DNA of 64,000 nt from Hyphochytrium catenoides (taxonomy: Eukaryota > Protista > Hyphochytriomycota): NCBI GenBank assembly GCA_900088475.1, contig FLMG01001356.1, forward strand, positions 34,188-98,187, given 5' to 3'. The position numbers were made by a program, and so were the translations under genes. Below the pieces are notes generated by a model that worked only from the letters and a program-made list of their open reading frames with translations, had not been told where the DNA came from and searched no databases. Positions 13,264 through 26,289 of this stretch are shown in pieces (within the stretch, counting starts at the first letter, position 1; the number at the start of each line of letters is the position of its first letter).

Positions 13264-15551
13264 ATGTGGGGCAAGATATTTGGAGACCAAAAGAAGTATG
13301 CGGCTGTGCATATCATGCCAGATAGTCCTTCCCAGGACGAGGAGAGTGAGTCTCTGACGAAGCCTAGAACTTTCAGCGCATTGAATCAGGTAAGTTGCTT
13401 TTCAGAGATGCAGAAGGTTGCGAAGGGGGAGAAGCCAATGTGCTGGAGGAGGAGATAGAGTTTTATAAGCAAGTGGCAGGCAGGAACGACGAAGATGTCC
13501 AATCCTGACTGCGTTGACTAACTGGGTTTGTATAGGAGGAGAAGGTGGGCCTGACATCAGGCGAGAAGACCTCAACGGAGTCCCACAATCCTCACGGCGG
13601 TCATGAGAGTGACATTCCTGGCTCAGTCTTTAATATAGGTAGGTCCTTTGCCTCTGTATGACAGAAGTGACTCCTGAGCTAAACCTTCATCCGACAGTCA
13701 ACGCTATCGTGGGTGCAGGACTTATCGGCATCCCTTTTGCTTTCAACAAATGCGGTCTCTATCTTGGACTCATTCTACTGGGACTTGTGTCATACATGGT
13801 GGACTATAGTCTCAGGACCATGATCCTCTTCGGGGCTAAGGTAGACGCGGTTATGGACTTTAAGCCCAATATACTAGTTATGAACTTCCGCTGGCGTCTC
13901 TTTATAGGTGAAGAAGACTAACTATATGGAGCTCTGTGAGCACTGCTTTGGACGAACTGGATACTACGTCGTGTCTCTCTTCATTCTTCTAACGACTTTC
14001 GGTGGCATGTGTGCCTACACAGTGATCGTGGGCGATACCCTGCCAAAGGTAATCGTCATCCTTTCAAAGTTCAAGCTGCTGTCCCTTTGATGTTACTTTG
14101 GCCGTTACTCATCATGCTGTTATTGGAATGGTACAGGTCTGCATACATCTCAATATCGATCTCTTGGACCACCGTGACCCAGTCGTCATATTCGCGTCTA
14201 CCTTGGTCATGTTGCCGCTCTCTCTCTTGAAGAACCTCTCTTCCCTCTCGTTTTCCTCTTCGTTGAGGTAAGGTGGCAAATATTAACGTGTCCTCACATT
14301 GCCAGAAATTAATGACCTCTTCACCCGCTATGTTCCCCAGTATCTTGGCGAGCGTTGCCCTCATTATAATCGTGTTAATCTTCGCGCCGGAGGCGGCTGA
14401 AGAGGATGGAATTGACGTCAAGCAAGAACACAGTCCTTATGCCTTTGCCAAGTCATCCTTCTTTTCTGGTGTCGGGACGATGTCCTTCGCCTTTGTCATT
14501 CAGCATACAAGTTTCTTCATCTATCAAGGGCTCAAGAACCCGACCCAGCAGCGATGGACCCAGACCACTCACGTTTCTCTTTCCATTGCCTTCACCCTAT
14601 GCGCCATCTTTGGCGTAGCCGGATACACAGCCTTCCTCTCTCACACGGAGGGTGACCTGCTCAACAACTTTGAGCACGATCACGCTTATGTCAATGTAGC
14701 ACGTATCCTTCTAGCCTCGTCTATGGTAAGAACATCAACAAAGGAGGTAACGACACTGGAAAGGTCCTAATGTCTTTCTTCTTATAGATGATGGTCTATC
14801 CAGTGGAGATGTTTGTGGCCCGGCAAGCTTTGTTTTCCCTCGTCTTCAGAGGACAGAGTGCGAAAATGACCGATAATCAGGTTTTCAATCCACTGATCTC
14901 TCTATTACATTTCCCTCAAAGCAGCTCTGTTCTTTAGCTTCATCTTCGTCTGAGATCCCACCCGTCTCAGCTAACTTCTGGTCCTTTCCTTTTAAAATGC
15001 CCTGTGTCACTCTTTTCTGAACCATGGATCAGCCCTTTGCTAACTCTCACTGTCCAGCACGTAAGAATCACCTTAGGACTTTGGTTGATGACGCTGCTTG
15101 TTGGGATCTTCTTCCATGACCTTGGAGATGTGCTGGAGCTCACTGGTAGCGTCGCCGCCTCCACTCTCGGCTATATTCTGCCCGGACTTGTCTTCATCAA
15201 GATGAACGACACCAACTTCAAGCAGTGGATTGACGTAAGTGAAGCTCCCCTCTCGACATTCCAACCTCCTTCTAAAGCGTGGGTGGTACGCATCACCTCT
15301 CTTTGCCTTAGATGTGGAAGCCCAGCAGCTCATCCTACGCTCAGACAAGCCTCAAAAAGAAGATCTTCGAAGGCCTCCAATTCTTTGTTCCGTTCTTTTA
15401 CATCGTCTTTGGATTTCTGCTGATGGCAGCTGGAAGCAGTTCCGTTATCTTAGCCCACCTTAACGGAGAGGGTGAGACGCTCCATGAGCAAGCCTCGCTC
15501 CATGAACAAGCCTCAGCTCTTGGAGCGGAGCAGACTTCGGGGTCGCCTTAA
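13264..15551 (+). CDS. Amino acid transporter, Aa_trans/SLC38 (SLC38A11-like) (multi-exon)
   Basis: NAIVGAGLIGIPFAF, GTMSFAFVIQH, TEGDLLNNF, VLELTGSVAASTLGYILPGL; many TM segments. Confidence 0.88.
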
Positions 15552-15743
15552 AAAAAGCGTGTAAATGAGATAGTGAACTATTTAAGCGTGACATCAAGGC
15601 AATTGCCGTCCGCCAAATAGCCCAGGCTCTCCTTTGGCTTCCATTCACTCCTTTCACATGCTATCAAGTTGACAACACAGTCTATCCACCTGTGGTGCAA
15701 TCCGCCATCCCCCCTAACCATGCCAAGTAAAAAACGACCATCG

Positions 15744-16562
15744 TCAATGCAGGCCTTGCAAAATTGGGGTCGCAGAAACTCCTTTTAAGCAGCTCTCTCC
15801 AGAAGACCTTCGATTGATGTCAGAAGCTATTTCTTCTGCAGCCTCTTCAGCTAGAAGATAAGACTCAGCCAAGACTTCCTCTCTGGTTCGGTTGGCAGTG
15901 TTTGACATCAGAACGAGCTTCAGATGATTAAATCCCACAACACCAAAAATATCAGTCAAGTACGGCACCATGTGATCTCGGCTTGGCCGCCGACCGGATC
16001 CTCCTGCACCAAGCACGAGGACTAATGGCTTTCCTGCATCTCCTAAAGGTTGGATACCATCGTCGCTGTCCTTGATAGTGAGGCCCGGCTGTATAACACA
16101 GTCTATGTACTGCTTGAGGACATACGGACAGGAAAAGTTCCAAATAGGTGATGCCACAAGCAGCACGTCGGCAGTTAGAAGCTGGCTCGCCATCCGCTGG
16201 ACAGGCTGAAGGTTATCCTCGTCAGATGGAAGCCCTTTCCCAGCTAACCGTCTCATCTGACTGCCAACATGACTTAGGTTGAATTGCAGCAACTGTTCGT
16301 CCCAGAGATCTACCTCGTCGACAGCGCAATTTGCTCTCCGAGATAAGAAAGAGTCAATAAATCGTTGAGCAGTAAGAGCTGTCAGAGATTGGGGTCCCGA
16401 TGACGCATTAAGGTACAGGATTGATGAATGGCTGGATGGACTTGATGGGTTCGATGTTGACGCAGAAAGTGTCCTCCTTTGTCCTCTAGCAGCGTCCTGC
16501 ATAATGTGACCTCGGCGGGAAGTGAGGTCATGGCAGCGGGGTCCTAGAAGTAATCGCTTCAT
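15744..16562 (-). CDS. azoR: FMN-dependent NADH:quinone oxidoreductase/azoreductase (Flavodoxin_2, AzoR/AcpD family), intronless, with an N-terminal extension
   Basis: ILYLNASS, VDEVDLW, ADVLLVASPIWNFSCPYVLKQYIDCVIQPGLT, HMVPYLTDIFGVVG. Confidence 0.85.
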   Translation of the reverse strand: MKRLLLGPRCHDLTSRRGHIMQDAARGQRRTLSASTSNPSSPSSHSSILYLNASSGPQSLTALTAQRFIDSFLSRRANCAVDEVDLWDEQLLQFNLSHVGSQMRRLAGKGLPSDEDNLQPVQRMASQLLTADVLLVASPIWNFSCPYVLKQYIDCVIQPGLTIKDSDDGIQPLGDAGKPLVLVLGAGGSGRRPSRDHMVPYLTDIFGVVGFNHLKLVLMSNTANRTREEVLAESYLLAEEAAEEIASDINRRSSGESCLKGVSATPILQGLH

Positions 16563-17039
16563 TGCTATTGTACGTGGGCTTTCATGTCCTTTGCCGATTC
16601 CTGCATAGCTCCAGGAGAATCAAGTGTCCGAAGAAATGCTTCGTGGCCTGTCATGAAGAGAGGCCACTAGTCTTTAGCGCCAACAGTTCTGAATCTGGGA
16701 GGCCTGAAAAGGAGACTCGAAGTGCATCTGGTGGCTAGGTCTTCGCTCTTCCTTCGTCACTGCGCAAGGCGCCCCATGACTTGCTTCTTGCTTCTCATAA
16801 CCTGAACAGTAACTACATCTGCAGACTTCGCGATCAACAACTTTAGTTATCAGTTCCATTTAGGGTCCCACAAGCTGAACTCTTTTTTATTGGTATATGT
16901 ACACCAGGGCACCCCTCTGACTAGAAGTATAAAGGGCAAGGCCACTTGTGTGGTCATCGCAATGGCGCGGCCTTTCTCGCGCTGGCGGTGGATGAATCGC
17001 GATCAAGAGATTTGTCCTGCATAATTTCTTATCTGCCGA

Positions 17040-17520
17040 CAGCGCTGACTCGCGGAGTTGGATGATGTCGGTCTCGTGGTTGTCTCTTGTCATACTTTGT
17101 TCCGGCAGCTCTCCTCATTGCGATAGAAGCATTGGCTATCTGAGTTGTACACATTCGACTCTTGCTGTGATATTTTAGGGGCTTAGGGAGCATCTTTATT
17201 TGGATGGGAGCATCTGGCTGGTTTGAATGATGTCGCTCTTGCTATCAGTGGTTTGGATCGTTTCAGGCTAAGAGTCGGGGAGCATCAGACTGCTGGGTTG
17301 GATGATGTGAGTTAGTCTCTTGCGATCACTAGTCTGGACCATCTCACTGAGATGGCAGTATCACTTTCACCGGTCAAATGATGTTTGCCTCCTTTTGAAA
17401 GTATGAAGCATCGTCACTGGGATGGAGAGATCTTCATTGCGATGGGGCCATCTTACTCGCTGGATGATATCGGCTTGTTTATTATTTGTACGAAGCATCT
17501 TCATTGGAATGGCAGCAATT
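17040..17520. repeat. Degenerate tandem repeat with a unit of about 75-85 nt
   Basis: Recurring (T)TGGATGATGT-like cores at about 17062, 17227, 17302, 17378 and 17464, with recurring AGCATC and CTCTTGC words. Confidence 0.5.
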
Positions 17521-18073
17521 GACAGCAAAAAAAGGGAGCGACTTGAAATGTGGCTCTCCATAGCACCAATAGTGTGATAAGGAAAGATAATAGAAAATTT
17601 CTCTCAATCTATCGACCGCTGAAGCTGCTGTTGAAGATCCAGGGAATTGTGAAAGCCAATCTTAGGAGTCTGCTTTGCGGCGATTCGTGTTGACTCTTTG
17701 TTCTAGACTAAAAAGTGGTCAACCTGCCGTGGCCGGCCTGAGGTCCGTCATTTGTTAGCAAATGACCTTTCGGTCTTTGGCCGCCTTTTAGAGAACATTA
17801 TTAGATTAGACAGAGCGGCCATAACGTGGGCAAATCGGCCATTATAGGTAAGGCACCTCCTACCCCGACATGTGAAGCTTGTAAACTTAGACTGCATCAG
17901 TCTCGGTAGAGAGGCGTGGGTTCTACAGCTTTATTGAGTAGGTATGTTACTGTCCTCCAACTATACTAAGCTCTATCCCTCGCTGTGCGATTAACAGTGC
18001 ACAAGCAGCGAGCACCACCGCCCATCAAGTCTGATGGATGGCTCATTGGAGGTTCGTCCTTGATGGATCTAGC

Positions 18074-21000
18074 TCAGTGGTTGGGATTGCGGATAAAAAT
18101 TGAGCTCCTCTTCCCATCAGCTGGCAGCTCTTCCATGCTAAGGTTCACCATGGAGTCGAGCAGCACCCCGTCCACAGCATCCTCAGCACCTTCTTTAGAG
18201 GCCTCTGCAAAGTTGAACGTTAGGTCGAGAAGAGATGTATTAAAGAGTACTCTCATAGACAACAGGACTGCGGCGGATGAACCAACATGCAGGTTCCCCC
18301 AAGAGGGCGAAGAGTGACCAACTCGTTGATCAAAACAGGTGACACTGTGACTACCCTCCTAAAGGCTTTCGATACCCCTTGATAGTCCTCACCAGTCACT
18401 TTCTTGACGCATGCGAGGAGATGGTCCTGAAGGTTACGCGCTGAGGTCCCACTTCCAATGGCGAATAGAGGTGCCACTGGCACAACGTCATCTTCGTACT
18501 GTGAGGCCTGAGTGTGATCAAATTCCGCACCAGGACTGAAGAGGATCTGTGCCCTATAGCGCCATTCATCATCCTCCTGCAACAGCAGCATGGGGAATTT
18601 TGGAAGTTCACGTCAGAGCGGATAGGAAGCAGGAGGTCATTGAGGGATAAACTTTCAACGAAAGGAATATTGCGATGCTGTGGAGACCGTGACAGTGCCC
18701 TGATCACTTTACCGGTAGCGCGAGGTTCTCGAAGACTCTGATAACAATGTGAGTTAGGTAGCACATCTCTGGAGTGTCTTCAATGACGTCCAGCACCTCA
18801 GGCTCAACTAGGCGGTGCTTCCTTAGACAAACTGGTTGTTTGAAGAATAATGTTAAAATCACATTGGAAAAGGGGCAAACGAGTCGCTACGCTTTGTCCA
18901 GAGCCGTTTTGGCTCTCCCTTCCTTCCCTTTACAATCTGAAACCTTACTCTCTCGCTAAACGACGGATCCTCTTTCCACAACTATCAACCAGCTTCACTT
19001 ACTATCAGAGATGCCCAAGTCTCCTGGTCCAGGAGGACATGGATATCGAAGAGAGTTCAGCAGGGTGTGCATGTGACTCTCGCTTGTGAAGTAAAGTCGG
19101 GTGCGAACCTATGAAGTCAAGGACAGTTAGCATCGTCCCAGCACCGTACGCCTAATAAATGCTCCAATTTGTATCTATGGTGACCTGAATGGCTAACTCT
19201 GACGCACTCTTCTACCTAATCACCAACTGCAGCGCCTCTCTCTCACTGCCGCCTGAATGCTACCCTTAAAGGCTACTGTCTCCCACGGCCGCGTGCTTTC
19301 GAAATTACGATCCCGCTGCCACCTCACCTGTCTTTCTGGAGAGTTTATTAAAAGCTCCTTTGCATGTACAGGGTCAAGCTGATAGCCATGGTGTTCGACA
19401 TAGTGATCTGCTTCTTCCTCGGCATCTCCGTCCTTGCTAGCCTTCTTTAGTGAGTCCTTTTTAGGCGCAGGGCCGCTATCCTTCTTGTTGCCCACCGTGT
19501 GCTGCAAGTCTGCCTCAATTTTACCTAATAGAGCCTGACAAACCTTATACCCAATAATCTGTTTTTCCGAGACAGCCAGTCCGTACTCCTAACAAACGTT
19601 CAAGGTTCATTAGCAGACTCCCGAATGTGCCTTAGCAGAACCCAAAGTGTTCCTGGTTGAAAAGAACCGCTGAAGAGCCTTTCGGTGAGAGGCCATCCAA
19701 AAACGGAACTCATGAATCAAGCTCACAGCTCGAGCGCGGTTGTGATTGGGTAGGATATCGTCATTAAATGCCCCATTGCGAACTAAAACTCACCTGCGGA
19801 ACGAGGCAGTCTGCAAACTTTTGGGCCAGAACATACATCTCTTCTGCGCCAGCTAGTTTCTGCAGGTCACGAGTCAATCACTCTCTTCACTCACTTTAAG
19901 GCGACGCCAGAGTATGTCTGACTTACCAGCGTTGAGTTGTGGATGATATCGTACTTAATACAGTCATAGATGTCAGGGATTTTGCTCAGGTCGTATTTAT
20001 CCCGCTGGCAAAGGGATATAGAGACCCAACGGGTGAGGACTGAACACTCATGGCTTCATGCCAACTAGAATAGGAAAAAGCCCAAGAAGGACCTCGAGGG
20101 AAAAAGGCACGAGGTGATATAGTGGAGTTTTGACGGTGCTCGACCAGCAAGACAGACGCAAACGAACAGAAATGTGAAATGAACATATCTCTACCTTCTT
20201 GTCATAGAAGTCCTTCATAAGCTTGTTCCATCGCTCAAACATAAATGTCAGAAGCTCTTTCCCGTAGAGTTCCACGGGGGCTTCTAGTAGTCCTCTGCGC
20301 TCCTGTTCCAACAATGCCTATAGATATCTCTGGTCAGAGAGATCAGCCAAATCAGGGTGAGAAGATAGATCTTTACCCCTATCTGGCTCGTCATGTTCCC
20401 TACAAGCTCTCTAAGTCTTTCTAGAGCCTTTCTTGGATTTCCTACGGTTTCGCAAGGGCAATACTGTCAGCCAACCAGCATTATCGCCTCACTAGTGTTA
20501 GTCAAATGGGTCGTTTGTCAACTCCAAGGTTCAGGGCAAATAACCGAATGGCGCAAATGCATTTAAAGCTTGATGAAAGGCTTCCTTACCTAACTTTTCC
20601 AGGCTATCAATGACTGAGATCGGCCCGTCAGGAGCTGCTATCCGCACCATCTCCTCGTCCACCTCTTGATCTAGCTGGAGTTCAGATAGAAGCAGGAAAG
20701 TTAGCAGGTACTTCAACTGGCTAGGGCGCGCGGCGGGCACATCCAGACCTGCAAGACATTGTGAAGTCTTTCCTTGACGCTCTCCATCTCCTTCCTTGCC
20801 TCCGTTTGCCCGCTGTGATCCAACATCTTATTGGCCGCTGGTGGAGGGGACGGCGTAAGCAGAGGCAAGAGATATGAAACCTTAGAGGCAATAGAATGGT
20901 TGTTGGCTATCCATAAAATGGATAAAATGGAAATGGTACCAAGAAGAATGGAGCCTCAGTATCGTCACCCGAGAAGAAGAATGCTTGTCAGCTAGGTAAG

Positions 21001-24000
21001 GGCCAAAGTGCATGAAGCGCTTACCCTTTCCGAGAGTGGTGACCAATGAGACTAAGATAGGAGTCAGATCTCCGTCAAGCTCCAGGAAGCCCTTTGCAAA
21101 ACCAGCTGCAGTCATTTGAACGCGGCCTTCATCTGAAGTGTAAATCTGCACCCAGAGACGTGACAGGTTAGGCTGATACACAAGAACGGTAGCAAGTCTC
21201 TTGGGACGCCCTTGGTTCATTATCTAACCCTCTACCTTGAGATCATGCCGGAAGGTGCTGTGAAGGCGTCGTAGTCCTTCCTGCAGGTTTAGGTTAAGGT
21301 CAAGGTCAGACTCATAGACTGGCAGAATTGAGGTCATCTACGTAAGTGCAGACTGCGATTACAGTTGTCCAGTATATATGAGAAGCCCGAGACTTCACTA
21401 AAAACTTGGCCAAGCAACTGTTGAACCCACAGTGGCGTCCTTCTCCCTAATACTCCTTTTTTCTATAGCTGTGACCGAAGCGGAAGAAGAGTGCAGAATA
21501 GATTATGGCCCATAAGCCTCACCTCATCCCCTGGATAGAGAACTTTACGGAAATAGTGTCCAAGTTCTTCTGCTTGTTTCTTCCCGGCCTGGGTCAGATC
21601 ACCTCCCCACTTGCAAATGAGAAGGACCTTTTTGGCCACCTTCCGCTCAACCGGAGCTCCTTCTACTATTTCCGATACCACATCCCACTCCAGAGGTTTC
21701 AGCTGGACCTATATCAACAGAAAGAGCGCTGTTAGGTCATAGAAATTTGCTCTTCACTAATGCATCTTTTTCCCGGTTCACAGGTTGTAACCCCTTTCAA
21801 AGGTAACTCATTCCTCTTCCCTCTCCTCAGATCCTAGGTGAACTTGCAACTTTCCGGATATTCATACAAGCAGGTATCAGTTCGTGGTGACATACTCTTC
21901 AAGACGGGTTAGTCCTTTCCCCCTTTCCTCTCCCTCTTAATCCTTCCATGATATACCTTGCGGTTGATGCCTTGGAACTTCCAGCGACTGAGGACGCACA
22001 TCATTTGATACAGTTTATCAAGTCGATCGCCACCATTCTTTTCCCATCTAAGCGAGACGAAGACAGACATATTAGAAGTTCTGATGGATTAGAGGCTCTG
22101 GGAGAGATTCTCTCTGGCAAAAGAATGTAAACTGATCCGCTGGATAAAGTAGAAAGTTTTGGCAAGAAACTTACTCCTCTGTTTCGCCGGGTCTGTTCTC
22201 TGACACTCTATATTCCACCACCAGCTTCCGGGTTAGGTTCAACAGCTCCTGCAGCTGACTTACAGCCTTCATCTTCACTTCCTCAGTCTCATCATTGGAC
22301 CCATGACGACGGTAAAAGGCCAAAAATTCGTGATGCCAAACCTACGATTGAAGTTTAAGTGGACAAGCTATGCAAAAGTAGACACAATTGATTGACTCTT
22401 TCTGAGCTATAAGGGATCCCAAGGATATATCACTGAGAGACCATCAAAGTGAGTCATAGGCAGCGTGCATGTTATCATCTCTAAAAGACTTTCGGACCAT
22501 TCGAAGGAATCCTCACAATAGTCAAGAGGTAATTCATTTAACGTGGCAGCACAGACAATTCCCACCTTCATCTTCAGTTTCTGCTTTGGAGTTCTGTCTC
22601 CATGCCGAATGACTGCAATCACGCAGCGCAGTTCCTCATTCTTAACGTCCATTCCGCTCAGTTCCGCATCCTTGAAAGAATCATGGCCGTCCCGGCTGCT
22701 TTGTCGGGGGCTCGAAACAGGACTGGGGAAGAAGCATTGATTTGGGGATCCCCAGAGGAAGTTAGCCCTTTTGGCGTTCGATTACAGCGATCCGCAATAT
22801 GGGATGGAAATGGAAGATAGCGTTGCACGAGCGAGGCGCAAGGGCTTCAGAATTTTAAGAGCGTGTGCACCACAAGGGTTGTCCATCATGCAAGTCTACA
22901 GGCTTCGATTCACTACCTGTCCTTATCACTCTTCCACGATGTTCTTGCAAGATGGTTCTCTTCCAACGTTCGTTGCCGGTGGAGCATCAGCCGCGTGTAC
23001 ACCAGCCGCTGTGGCGCTAGGTGTCTCAACATATGCTCGCGAAGAATGTTGGCGCAGTCTGAAGGGAGTTATATAGGCACGTATGAAGGCGGCCATTTGG
23101 AGTACAATAGAATTAGAAAGTCGGTAAGCCTCACAGTTGAGATCAAAGCATGAATGGACTGATAGATGATGCTTACCGTCGTAGTATTTCTTGGAGTTCT
23201 TCTCCAATCATCGGGTGGCAAGGAGGAGGAACACGGGATAGTTCGTGTCTTCATTAGGTACAGGAGTTGAGGGCTCAACGAGGGTGAAATTACCTTAACA
23301 AAGCTCCAACCATTGACGTCGCATACATAGGACTTTCCTCTGACCCTTAAAAGGTCAAATCCACAGACCATTTGCTTGAAACCTAGCACAATCTGAGGGC
23401 GAGGACAGGAGTCGAGGTTAACGCCTCGCTTATTCTACTCTGCGCTTATTTCGGCCGACGCTCTTCCTACCTTTCGGGCAATCTCCTTCTCTTCAGCAGT
23501 CAGAATGACAGGATACCGAACTTCTTTGCCGTGCACGTCTCTCATGACCTGTAGCCATAAAAACAACATGAGGAGGTTGCCCTTCTCTCAAGTAGCTCGG
23601 CACAACCTCGCAGGCCAGGAGGCCAGGAAGTAGCCATCGTAATAGGATAGATAGTTGATGCGACCAACACTTATTCACCTTGCCATCCAATACCGGGGAC
23701 TTTCTTGCCTCGGCGTGAGCATAGTCCTTGCCGACAGTGTACACCTACAAACGAGACAGCGTTTTTAGCCTGATTCGAGGGAGATTGAAGCTTGCCACAT
23801 TTCCTTACTTTGACATCAGTTCCCTGCGTGTTGAGGAACTCCTCGTAGATGTAGGACCCTTCTCTCCTAACGTGACAGATGTCAGGGTAGAAATCGCTTG
23901 ACTTGTCTCCGACCTTCCGAAAAAGGCGCTTCGACCCACCTCCAGCGCTTGTGGGATAATAGATGTAGACCTGCACAGGAGCAAAAGCCATAAGTGTCTT

Positions 24001-25637
24001 CATCAGCTATTCCTATCAAGTTTCTGTCCCTCACCCCCAATCTGTCCAACTCTCTCTCGCTCTCTATTCCCTCTGTCGTCTCTCAGTCTCTCGGTCTCAT
24101 GCGTCTGATGACGTGCATTGACTCCTCACATTATGATCTTCAGCGTCCAAAGGCTTTTCCACAAATGGCTTGTCAATCTTGACGCCATTGACCTGGTTGA
24201 AGAACTATGACTCAGTGGACTAAAGAGGTTATGAGAGTGAAGGAATAATAGAGAGAAAGCGACCTAAAAATCGGGAACATGGCGTGGGTAAAGATTAGAG
24301 CTGAAGAGTCTAGGGAGGTCCGTACAATCACGTAGTTGTCGTGCTCCTCTAGCGAGCCTCCGGCCCCGTCACTTCTATCAAGTATACCGTGTCGTGGTAC
24401 AGCAATACCAAGGTCTTGCAGCTTCTTGTACACTGCCTTACGATTCAGTACTATCCACTTAACACGAGAAGGAGACAGCAGCCGCAGGACCACAAAGCTG
24501 AGTTAGCTCGAGTCGTTATGGATGGAAGGGTTGGAGCGATCATCCGGTACTGTTTGTGAGTAAAGAGGATCTATTCGCTCTCATACCTGGGTTTCCAGTT
24601 CGTTGAGCACCAAAGGCTTACGCAAGTAGACGTACTGCTGCGCCTAGGAAGAAGGCGATATAGGGTAGATGAAAGCAATGCGTGAGAGGGTCAGTGCAAG
24701 GTCACGCTATCCTCCTCCTGAACTCCGTAATACCATGTACCTTCTCTAAGGGAAAGTTTCCCGAATGAAACGAGATGAGACAGTCGCATAGTGGCCACTC
24801 CTGCAAGACCGACAGTAGAGGTTAGAGAATAATAAGTAAACGTTGCGGTAGAGGGGTTCGGTGGAGAGAGGGGGATACGCGTCATCATAGGAATCTGGTG
24901 GCTCTGACCTCTACCGGCCTATCTAGTATCATTTCGTCTCCGAAGTCAATAATGTTGAACTCCTCTTTGGGAAGACGTTTCATGATCTCCTGCATCGGCT
25001 TTGACTGGGCCTGCATCCGCACAAAAGAGTGAAGATAAGCCGTTGAACAAGTGACGCCTCCAAACGAAAAAGAAGGTACATTCAAGGAGTAGAAGATGGA
25101 CGAACGAAGACGGCATCCGTCGCCAAGGATCAGCGAGGGGAGCGACTCAAAAGACAGGAGTGAATCCAACATCGACTCTAAAACTGATATAGGATCTATC
25201 AACAATCGCGGGCTGACCTTCTTACTAAGTGCGCAGATTCCGAGGGTTATTCTGTCATGCGGGGGAACCTTGGTGTAGATCTCAAAGTCCATTCCATCTA
25301 GAGGAGGGACAGCCGATAGGGTGCCTAAAACCCGATAATGCAAAAGAGAAATGGGAGTTGGCTTAGTGACCGTGTTAGAACCATCGGGGAAAGGACCACA
25401 TGAAGCTGAGCACTTAGATATCGATTTAGATACTTCAGAACAGGAAGAGAAGAACTCTGGGCGGGAACAAGCGGGAGTCGTACCAGCCAAACCATGGTGA
25501 GTGGGCGTCAGTTCTTCTGCTCGCCTGAGCAGGTACATTGAGCGCGTGCTCTCCATAGGTGATTGGAGGTTTGGCCTTTTGCTGTCGGTGCTGGAGCGCT
25601 CTCCCGTCGAACGATAGCGCCGCATCGGGCTGTCCAT
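18074..25637 (-). CDS. PPIP5K: Bifunctional inositol pyrophosphate kinase/phosphatase PPIP5K (Vip1), many exons; start uncertain
   Basis: [62 protein letters not shown]...[34 protein letters not shown] (RHGxRxP), [24 protein letters not shown]. Confidence 0.95.
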
Positions 25638-26289
25638 ACGAGGCGCTGTGGTAAGGGCCAGAGCGGTAGCAGTGTAAGAAACAACACATATTTACATCGA
25701 ACCAAGTTGCTATGTCTCGCCTAAGGAAAGAGCAACCGCGCACAGCAAGCGACAGCGGTTCAGTTATTCGTGCTCCAATGTTACTACTCACAAAGGACGC
25801 CAAAGGCCTCTGCGCCTAGGCTGAGATTTCTATCTGAAAAGTCCCTCGAGCGAAGTGAATGAGGAGGCTGCAGCCTGTGCGGTGCAGCTGTGGGGAGCGA
25901 GAGCTTGTCTCCAGTGGAAAGGGACACGTCTCCTGGTGGATCACCCTCCATCGGACCTACAATAACTGTCCGCAAAGGGCAGGCACTAGTTTGAAGAACA
26001 GATAAGAGACGCAGGTATCCCTTGTCGAGTAATGTCGGTGCCAGAGGTGCGAGGTATCTTTCTTCTCTCTTCCCCTGTGGTTCCCTCGCGTAATCGCGTG
26101 TCCTCAGAGCGAGGGAATCTTCAAAAACACTGCTCTGTCTCTCCTGTCTCTCCCCTCCGCTCCATGTCTAGGCAGGTTGGAGCAGTCTGATGAGGGAGGA
26201 GGAGAATCATGGGGGCAGGAACAGGTATCTATCATCTCTTCACGGCCATCATTGGAACCGCCATCTCCATAGCACCTCCTGTGCTTCGC

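Noticed and set aside
15480-15516. 18-bp tandem duplication (LHEQAS x2) at the transporter C-terminus
   Set aside because: Real but trivial slippage in a disordered tail.
17040-17520. CRISPR-like repeat-spacer array
   Set aside because: Repeats are too degenerate, the context is eukaryotic and there are no cas genes.
17731-17790. HDV-like or hammerhead ribozyme (starts GGCCGGC)
   Set aside because: No P1 partner strand and no CUGANGA/GAAA core in the required arrangement.
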